Positions 52,451-61,940 of a stretch of DNA of 64,000 nucleotides are shown piece after piece; position 1 is the first letter of the stretch; every line of letters starts with the position of its first letter. The position numbers and the translations under genes were made by a program. The stretch covers positions 62,001 to 126,000 of the forward strand of contig JALMLS010000417.1 of the NCBI GenBank assembly GCA_038496445.1, read 5' to 3'. This stretch comes from Trichosphaerium sp. ATCC 40318. Lineage: Eukaryota > Protista > Tubulinea. The notes beneath the pieces are model-generated. The model was given only the letters and a program-made list of their open reading frames with translations. It had not been told where the DNA came from and ran no database searches.

Positions 52451-54287
52451 TTATTTATTCATTCTTTGTCTTCTGCTCTTTAATCCAATAAAGAAATCGC
52501 GTTTTAATACAGCATTTAGTGCATCGGAAATAAGTACAGTTTGAGTAACAGCGTACACAAGGTTCAAGGCATAATAAAAGTTTGAATTGCCTGAACCCGC
52601 ATAAATCCACATGTGCCATAAAATTGGATACAACACCATGAGTACCAAGTAACAAATCACTGCTGCTACATGGTATTCCATCTCTACAAAATACCACACA
52701 TAAGCAACACACAAACAAGAATGTCATAGAAAACTGTGAACCAAAAAAAAAAACACAGCCAGCTAAAATGTCATAAGGTACGTGCCTTGAAGCTTGTGGT
52801 AAAACATGGGCAACAAACTCAATAACAGAGAAATGTCACCAACTGCTGGGTACGACTTGAATGTAGTAATTACAGCTACTAAGAACCAAGCAGCAAATAC
52901 AGGATGCTCGCTGATAAAATAGAAAATGTCAGGGTATCAAAGCTACTAGATTACAAAAAAGCGTCTTGTAAGGCGTACCGTATGCGCAAGGTAATCGGAA
53001 TGGCATATACAAATGTGTGCGTGTTCAATACAAACAAGAAAAAGTTATAAAATTCCGAGAAGATTTCTGTAAAGAAATACCAAAACAATCCAATATTTGG
53101 CTGTAAATCAGGCACTGTTAGAATGAACCAGTACGTCTTTTCCAAAAATTCCCAAGAGCCAAGTAGTTCGAATGAAAGCCACAACAAGGATCCCAGAAAA
53201 CCAAGAAGTAATCCACAATTATAAATCACACTTGGGCTCTAACAAAAGTTTAACTTTTAGTTTGCGAGGAGTACCCCTTATGTCACGTGCGTAGAAAGTA
53301 ACTTACAAAGAACTTTGAAAAAAAAAACAAAGTCAAGAAAGATTGTATGGCGTACCTCTTGTTTATGTACTCTTTGGAGGATAAGAATGAAAGGGCATAT
53401 CAACATGATAGGGTATAGGCTGAGATAAGATCCAAGAGCCAAAAAAAATAAAGCAAGGATAGTGTTACCACGCAGTGCGTTAAAAAACGCCCACAGCACT
53501 GACGTGTTTGTAAAAATTATCGTTGACATACCCACGCACGATAAGATTGTAAACGGGTTGAATAAATAGCTTGTTTGTTAAGGTTTTTTTTTTTTTGAAA
53601 TCTTTCTACGTGTCAAAAAATAAATAAATCTTTCTGACGCGTCTTACGGCGGTTTGTTGTCAAATGGAATCGTTGGTTTTAGGATACAGAGCCGCCAACA
53701 GCAGTGGCAATTTCTCGTAGTGTCGCCACTCTTTATCTTCGTTTAGTATTTTACCTGTCAATTGGCGTAAGTAGTGAGCGCAAAGCGCTATGCTGGTACC
53801 TTTTTTAGCGTCTTCGTATTGGAATGGTACGTATGCAGCTGCTATTCCCACAAGAGCTATTGCATTGAATACGTCAAGGGCTAAATTGATTGGTTAACAA
53901 CTACCACCAACGAAAAGAAAAAAAACTTTGTAGGTTGATTTTACTGTACCAATATACAAGATATGCGTGTAATACTGCGGTAGGGTGCTCAAGGGGTGGA
54001 ACACGGCCAGTACAAGTGGTGGCTCGTGAAAAGATGAACCAATGTACGGTGATTGGCCTTGAGACAGCCAATGCAATCCTTCCATAACTACCAGGTGCGT
54101 CAAAATAAACTCCAATCCAAATTGTATGGCAGTTTATTGTTATTGTGACAACAGTACCTCTTTTGTGACTCGTTATGGGCGTAACTACCTCGTAGGAGCG
54201 CTGAAACGCTTCATTAAATCCGCCAAAAAAAAGTAACACGCGGAGCGCCACAGCGGCTACGAGGATGAATACCAACTGCGCTTTCAT
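52451..54287 (-). CDS. PIGU: GPI transamidase subunit PIG-U (GAB1)
   Basis: EVVTPITSHKR..EG..SPYIGSSFHEPPL, YLFNPFTILSC, DLQPNIGLFWYFFTEIF, FKSYPAVGD, WIYAGSGNSNFYYA. Confidence 0.92.
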
Positions 54288-54529
54288 ATCATAGGCAGTT
54301 AGTGAAATAAAGAATGGTCAAAACCATTTCCCAACCACATTTATTTTTTTGCTAGCACCAAACAAAAAAGCAATCGCGCGTCTCTCTGGGCAAGAAAGGA
54401 GTCAATAAAAGGGCAAACGCCATACTAAAATCAGTACGTTTACAGCAGTCACGCGCACAACAACAAAAAAAAAAAAAAACGTTATTAACTTGCCTAAAGT
54501 TCTGTACCTGGAGTTTAATAGCAAGAAGA

Positions 54530-55873
54530 ATGCTTAACCGATTTGCATTGTGTCAACAACCAGCTAAAGCCACGAAAGCCACAACAGCTAATAAAAAATA
54601 CTTTTCCACACGCACTGGCGCTAGGTCACGTACACAAGAAAATTGGTCCAAAAAATAACTGAACAACTTTTTTTTTTTAGCGCGAGAGGATTCTTTGGAC
54701 AGCGTAGTGGCCAGTAACGCGCAAACAAATGAATTGCACGTGACACGACAAGACACCGTCGTAGGATTCATAGGTTTGGGTGAGATGGGTAGCAGAATGG
54801 CTGCCAACCTGCTGAAGGACGGTGTGCGCGTGATTGGATACGATCTTGATGTCAAACGAATGCAAGCATTCAAGGAGAAAGGTTACCCAAGCTGCACTTT
54901 TTGAGTCTTTTTTTTTTTTTGTAAATATGGTGTGACCAATAATTTAGGTACAGCCTAACTTTTTTTCAGGTGGTCACGTGGCATCCGCTTTAACAGATTT
55001 TAGTGACACTACTGTCATATTGACGTGTTTGCCATCTCAGAGAGCGGTGGAATCTACCTATTTCGGAGAGAAAGGCCTCCTATCCGCCAAAGGAACAAAA
55101 CCAAGAATCATTCTCGATTGCTCAACTATGTCGCCAACTACAGCACGTCAAATATCTGCCAAGGCCGCTGAAAGAGATATTGTTCTTGATGCACCTATTT
55201 CAGGAGGGGTTCAAGGCGCTCAGGCTGGCACGTTGACATTTATGATTGGCGGAGAAAAAGAAGTAGTGGATAAGGTTGAAACTATTTTACATTGCATGGG
55301 CGACAATATTATTTATTGTGGGCACAGTGGCATGGGACAAACAGCAAAAATATGTAATAACTTGGCAGCTTGCGTTAATAATCAAGCAGCTTGCGAAGCA
55401 TATATTCTTGCTGAGAAATTGGGTGTACAGCCAACGGCCATGACAGAAATATTTAACAGCTCAAGTGGCAGAAGTTTCTTTACAACCGACTACAACCCTA
55501 TCCCTGGTATCGTTGAAGGAGCGCCATCATCCAAAGGATATGAAGGAGGAGGTAGCATATCAATAGGTACTTTTTTTTTTTTTGTGTTGTCGGTTACAGC
55601 GTTCTAGAAAAAGTAGTAGTGTTGATTAAATGACAAATAAATTAATAGGTAGGAAAGATCTCCAACTAGCTTTGGATACGGCACAACAAGAGGGCATACC
55701 AACCATGCTGGGTGGTACGTGTGCAAGCTTCCCCCCCTTTAAAAGGGCGCCATCTCATTTACATATTTTGTACAGCATGTGCCCAACAGATTATGAAGCT
55801 TATGGAACATCGCGGCTATGGTGAAAACGACTTTACATTTTTGTACCAATTTTTGAAGCAAGGAAAAAAATAA
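54530..55873 (+). CDS. HIBADH: 3-hydroxyisobutyrate dehydrogenase, mitochondrial
   Basis: Presequence-like N-terminus; VGFIGLGEMGSRMAANL, LDCSTMSP, DAPISGG..AQAGTLTFMIGG, AKICNNL, SSSGRS, KDLQLAL. Confidence 0.88.
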
Positions 55874-55899
55874 ACAAACCCGAGACAAAAATCTAAATA

Positions 55900-58672
55900 C
55901 GACGCGTCTAACTATTCCACAATGTAGCGACTACACGTGAGGCGTAACGCTTTTTTTTTTGTTGTTGTTTGGGTCAAACAAAAATCGTCGCGGACAGGAA
56001 AGGCGAAATAGCGGGTCAAAGGGAACGACAGGGGTAAAAAGAAGCCGTAGAGAACGAAATAAGAGTAAATAAAGCGATTTTAACTCAAAAAAAGTTTTGT
56101 GACAAAATATCCAGAAAAAAAAAAACACGTACGGCGCTACAAACTGAGAAAGAGCGGTGTCAAGGGTTTAAAAAACCAACCGCGAGTAGGTTACGACCAA
56201 AAAAAAGGCGGCACAAAGCGCGCGGGCGGTAGAGCGCTATAAACAAACCTCGAAAAGTTTTTTTTCTCACTCGTGGATATTTGTACTGAGCTTCGAAGCG
56301 AGTAATAACGTTATTAAACCAAGCCAGCACTACGAAAACTCGATATTTTCGGGAAAGGAGCTCAGTCCTACAACCGTGTAGCCTAAGGGAGGCGTAAATG
56401 GAGAAAAGACTATGAGGCACAAACCGAAATCAAATTCCCCAAAAACGCCGGGCGATTCACCTGCGCGGAAGGAAGAGGAAAATTTTTGAGCGGAACGCGC
56501 CTGCAGAAATCTCATCTCTTTCCCCTTGGCACAATCGAGAAAAAACAAAAAAAGAACCGGTCGAATCGCAATAAGCGCATTTGAAGAAAATGCAGCAAAA
56601 AAACGCGACGTCGCGCAAGCCCTTTTGTTTTTTACCCGATGAACGAGCCCACAGGGAGTGCACGATGATGTGGGACCGCCCATCGTGCAGCACATTTACG
56701 GTGACTGGCCATCACGCCTGAGAAACACTCCAAAATACAGGAGCGCGATCGGGTGCGATGGTAAGCGCGAGGACCTATGATGCTGTCGTCTTCTGCCACA
56801 TAAGCCCCTATGAAAACATGCCGTTAAAAAAGCATAACATAGGTAGTGGCAATTGACTACTGGATCGGCAAACATAGTGAAGAGGGTAGCCTGTATTCAT
56901 CTGCCGCAAGACAAAACACTTTAGAACAAACGGTTCTACTTGAGTTTTTGAGCGTTTTTGAGCATATGGCTGTAAGTCCTGTTTGCTGTGCAAACGCAAT
57001 AAATCCTCTCTTCCGATTGGAAGATGGTGATATATCAGTGTTTTAGTTGCACTTACGCACACACACATTCAAAAAACCCCACTAAGTAAATGGCTACTCT
57101 AGCCCTTCTTATGTGATAGAAAAGGACGAGTTGTGACTCGCCTCTTAGTATATCCATCGATGACGATGCCAGGTGGGTAATGTGTTGTGCGCATGCAGCT
57201 TCAACATTGTATCCCACTCTTGCAGTAGCAGAAAGGGTTCTCTTCTAACATTATAACGCACGTTTAAAGTACGGAGCGTAGAAATGTTAATCGAGTGCAT
57301 TGGATACTCTCAATGACACAGCAACATCACACTAAATGTAGCGATGTCGTTGGTGACTACAAAGTGCTCTTTTTCCACATGCAATGTGTTAATCGAGTTA
57401 CTTTGTATCATTAGAATACCACACCTTGTTCACACAATCATTGTCCTTAGTGGACCAATGTGTTGTTTAACAAGACTAGACATAGTACTCCTCCTTCATC
57501 TTATCTCTGTCATTGAATGACAGATTGATAAAGAGATGTCGATCGAGTTACTGTCATTAAGACATGTTGAATTGAGTTTGTAGCCCCCTGAGTGGGAAAA
57601 CAAGTCGGTACAAATATGAGTTGAAGCCCTCAGTGGGCAACAACTACTTGTGTTCCAAAACACACACATGTGCTTCTTCTAGCATTAGAACACTCATCTT
57701 GAAGTGTAGAAATGCTAATCGAGCCATGTAAACAAACTTTAGCTATCTCCTCTAGCATTAGAACACTTTACTACAAAGTGTAGAAATGCTAATCGAGTGG
57801 CAAGATTTGGTAAATATGCATTTCCTCCTAGTATGTGCAAGTCATATCACTAGGAGTACAAATGCAAGTTGAAGCCCTTAGTGGGCAACAACTGGCAATG
57901 TATGAACGCACGTGTTCTCTTCTAGCATTATAACACTTCTCAAGGAATGTGTAGAAATGCTAATCGAGTCCAGAGTCATACAACAAATACAACTCTGAGT
58001 ATGTGATGAAAGGAATCAAAGTGTTCCAATTAATCCATAGAAGTTGTATAACCACATCCAAAACACCCAATGGAAAGAAAAGTATCAAGTACTTGGGTAA
58101 TAATAAATGTGGGCCTGAAGCAGTAATGCGAAAAAGGCAAATTGACGGAAAGGCACACAAGCCAAGTACATCAATAAAGTGTAGCTAATTGCTACAACTT
58201 GAGAGCTCAACAAGGAAAGGCACTGTCCAAGTACTTGAATAGCAAAGAAAAACAGAAATTAAAAGAGTGTATGAAAAATGATGCAGTTGCAAGCTATTAC
58301 CGACGATGCCTCAAGGGCTACTCAGTAAAAATAGGCATGACTCATCAAGAAAAGTAGTCCATAAAAAGACACAACCCTATGCTGTTGTGGCAATGTGCTC
58401 TATGAGCATCTCTTGCCATAAAAACCATAACCAAGACATACTAGCTTCTTCTCCAACAAGAAAGGCTAGTACTGTCCGGCACCAGGTATTTGTGATGTTC
58501 ATCAAAAAAACCTTCATCTTACATCCTCCTTGAAAGAGAATAGGATTGTAGATTGAATGGTTTCTTACGAAGTTCATTCTTCAAAAAACCACCTAAAAAC
58601 CTCAACCACCTTTGGTCTGATGAGAAATTATTTTAAATGCAGCTATCTGCTTTAAAACTCTGATGCAAAAGG
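55900..58672 (+). promoter_or_regulatory. rDNA upstream spacer: putative Pol I promoter region and 5' external transcribed spacer
   Basis: Non-coding; 55.9-56.7 kb is A-tract/CpG-rich and strand-biased; 56.7-58.0 kb is hairpin-rich; lies directly before the SSU 5' end. Confidence 0.55.
57240..57968 (+). repeat. Array of two conserved hairpin families (A and B)
   Basis: A: CTYYTC-TARCATT-AKA-ACRC..GYGT-AGA-AATGYTA-ATCGAG at 57240, 57673, 57747, 57917; B: AGTTG-AA-GCCC-TYAGT-GGGC-AA-CAACT at about 57619 and 57867. Confidence 0.85.
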
Positions 58673-61332
58673 TACCTGGTTGAGCCTGCCAGGAGTGATA
58701 AGCTTTCTCGAAGGATTAAGCCATGCAAGCTCAGCAAAGAGGTATCCTCGGAGCCGCAAACGGCTCCTTAAAACGGTCGTAACCCACCCGACAAGACTAA
58801 TAATGGTCACGTCATTTTGCACACAGGAACTTGTTTTCCTAAACGCACTATAACCAAAACTCGTGGCCTCCCCCGCGGATAACCGGGATTAAAGGAAACC
58901 TGCGGCTAATACGTAATGCGCCTAGCGCTGCCGATGGGCCCCTCTGCTGCAAGGACCCATCGGTCGCATCCAACGCTCAGGAGCGGACGATCACCCGATC
59001 CCATCTTGGTTCGCCAAGGGAAGCAGCCTCCCCTTAGGAAGCGGCGTCCGTACTCCGTCGGGAAGAGCGGCGTTGGGGCATGCGATGGAGTTATGAGGAG
59101 TTCTCTCTGACTAGACATGTTTCTAAAAAAAAATTGTTAAAGTTTACATAAGTGAAACTAGGTGAAAGAAAAATGAACATTGTTCAAATCTCGATCCTTC
59201 GCTGAATGTGCTTTTTCATAAAAAAGATCATATCGATATAAAGTTGAGAGTTCTCCCCCTCCACGAGTCGGAAGGGCGGCCGACCTATCAGCCAGGCGGT
59301 AGGGTAACGGCCTACCGCGGCAGTGACGGGTAACGGGGAACTAGGGTTCGGTTCCCGGAGAAGGGGCATTAGATACGGCCCCTGTACTTACGGGTAACAG
59401 CAGGCGCGTAACTTGGCCATTGATTGCAAATCGAGCCAGCGACTGAGTGTAACGAGGCCGGCATTTAAACCGGTCGTCGCAATGAGGGGCAACTGAATGT
59501 CGCCCTGAGAAACTATTGGAGGACAAGTTGGGTGCCAGCACCCGCGGTAACACCCACTCCGAAAGCTTATACTTTTGCTGTTGCTGTTAAAGCGCTCGCA
59601 GTCCAAACAACGACACAGCTGAGAGGGACAAGGTTTAGATATAAGAATTTATTCTTTTGAACAAACCCCCCGACTCTTTTTCATCGCCCGACCAGGCATA
59701 AATGGCTTCGCTCAAACGCAAGGTCAGTTTAGGCTTCGGCCGCTATGCCACCCACCAGCATCCTGGAATTGGGCTTTAAAAAAACAAAAAACAACACTTT
59801 ACCAAGTGCGACGCTCAAGTCTCATTTTTTACTAAGTATGAACAATATCCTGATATGCAAGTCTGAGTGAAAACTCATGTTCTTCATTAAGGGAATAAAA
59901 ACATTGTGAACTACAAAAAGTATTTTTGAGATCAAACTTGAGTTAGTCTTCACACTAATAAAGAACACACGATTACTAGGTGCGTACGGGGTAGAGAGTG
60001 TGGTATCAGCGAGGAGTGAAATCTTTTGACCTGATCCAAACTACCCGAAGCGAAGGCGCTCTGCAAGGGCGTGGCCGGTGATCTAGAACGATGGTGGAGG
60101 GAGCGAAGCGGATTAGAGACCCGTGTAGTCTCCACAGTAAACGATGCCGACTGAATGGGCGCCGGGCAAACCAAGGCTCGGGGCCCGTTCCCACGGGAAA
60201 CCGAAGTAATCGGGCCCAGGGGGGAAGTATGGTCGCAAGGCTGAAACTTAAAGGCATTGACGGAGCAACACCACCAGGCTCTGGAGGCTGCGGCTCAATT
60301 TGACTCAACGCGCGACAACTTACCGGGATCGGACGCTCTAAGGGGACGAACAGACTGAAGGGTCTTTTCCGAGTTAGCTAACGGTGGTGCATGGTCGTTT
60401 TAGGCTCGTGGACTTATCTGTCAGGTTTATTCCGATAACGGGCGAGATCGCTACTGTCACATTGATTCCCCCGCTTCGTGCGGGACCCCTGTGCAGGACT
60501 GACGGCGAAAAGTCGTAAGAAGCGGCGGCTATAACAGATCCGGGATGCCCCCAGATATTCCGGGCCGCACGCGGCCTACACTGCTTAGTTCAACGGGTTC
60601 CTGGGCCGAACAGGCATCCGGGCAAGCCCTGAAACCGCCAGAACACTTCTTCACGACAGCGAGTTAAACCTCAGATTTAATTATCTAAATACGACTACAC
60701 TTAAACGCACCTTCGGAAACTACCACCTTCAAAAACAAAGTCTGTCCTGAACCTAATATAAAGAGTTAACCCCCTCGTCGAGGCTTTTTAGGAAGTTAAA
60801 TTCCTTTAATGTTAAGACGAGAAGCGCTGTTAGATGAAATTTATATCTTTGGACTCGTTTCCTTAGTGTAAACATTGAAAGAGCTGTGGATCGTTTCAAA
60901 TTAACAAATAAGGTTTCTTCTTCACTTAAATGCTTTGACCTGGAAGATTATATCTTTACCAAGGCAAACTTTATTATGAAGCAAGTTTCTGCAATGTTCA
61001 TAAAAAAATACATGAAAGCGCACCGTGTGGTCGATTTGGATGTTAAGTGTGCTCAATGCTGCTTCTCCGAAAAGACACATGCGTGCTTAGGGACTGGTTG
61101 CTGTAACTGTAGCCACGAACGCGGAATGCCTCGTACAGGTGTGTCATCAACGCACCTGGAATCTGTCCCTGTTGCTTGTACACACCGCCCGTCGCATCGA
61201 CCGATGTGGGTGCGAGTGAGACCAGGGGGGACGACCGGCTTGCCGGTTATCGAACCTGCTCGAACTTGCGCTCATAAAGGATGATGAAGTCGTAACAAGG
61301 TTTCAGTAGGTGAACCTGCTGAAGGATCAATA
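58673..61332 (+). rRNA. Highly divergent 18S (SSU) rRNA gene, about 2.66 kb, with five AT-rich insertions
   Basis: TACCTGGTTGAGCCTGCCAG start; GTGCCAGCACCCGCGGTAA; GCTGAAACTTAAAGGCATTGACGG; TTGTACACACCGCCCGTC; AAGTCGTAACAAGGTTTCAGTAGGTGAACCTGCTGAAGGATCA end. Confidence 0.95.
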
Positions 61333-61570
61333 CTATTGGTATTAAACCCTTAGAAGCAATTAAACCAACTTTTAACCAAGTTTGAAAGAAAAAATTGGAG
61401 TATCAGCTCTGGTTTGGTAAATCTAATCTTACCTCGGTAAGTGAAGGTGTAATCATCCTCTGCTGTGGTGATATCTTGTATATCTGCCAGCTCCATAACC
61501 GCCATTTTGGCAAACAAAAAACACAGTCGTGGCACGACTATAAAGAACGTCAAGATTTTCGAAAGAAACC
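61333..61570 (+). other. ITS1
   Basis: AT-rich spacer between the SSU 3' end and the 5.8S start. Confidence 0.8.
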
Positions 61571-61736
61571 AAACCTTGTCGGTGAACGGTTAGGCACCTC
61601 CCCCGAAGAAGGCCATGGATCACTATGAAACCAGCCACCGGAATCGCTCTCATCTGAAGGTGGCATTGCCGAATGCCTCAGGCCGCGTTCTGTATTCTCA
61701 CGAATCACAGGCAAAGGAGCGTGACTCAGCGACGCC
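61571..61736 (+). rRNA. Divergent 5.8S rRNA
   Basis: AAACCTTGTCGGTGAACGGTTAGGC..CGAAGAAGGCC layout matches 5.8S; 3' end GTGACTCAGCGACGC can pair with the LSU 5' end GCGTCCTGAGTTAC. Confidence 0.85.
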
Positions 61737-61940
61737 AGCAAAACAAACACTAAATTTATTTGGTGCTGCGTATGGTGTACACACTTAATCTTCTAAAAAA
61801 AGAAAGTGGTTGCCACAACTAATTAATAAATTGCCGGAAGTGATGTTCCTCCAGAACTCATGCCTAGCTTACTTAAGCGAAGCTTTAGAGCGAAGGTTGG
61901 TTTACATACTGAACTGAAAGCATTAAAAAAAACACAACTT
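61737..61940 (+). other. ITS2
   Basis: AT-rich spacer enclosed by the 5.8S/LSU proximal stem. Confidence 0.8.

Noticed and set aside
57240-57968. Repeats considered as a CRISPR array or iron-responsive elements
   Set aside because: Irregular spacing, two interleaved families, no cas genes, eukaryotic context; B hairpins lack the IRE C-bulge and 6-nt CAGUGN loop geometry
60886-61284. 132-aa ORF starting in the large SSU insert, considered as a homing endonuclease
   Set aside because: GTG start, runs into conserved SSU sequence, and has no His-Cys box, LAGLIDADG or GIY-YIG motif
58673-61332. Archaeal or organellar origin of the rDNA (GGTAACACC looks archaeal)
   Set aside because: Separate 5.8S with ITS1/ITS2, eukaryotic SSU ends and no anti-Shine-Dalgarno CCTCC
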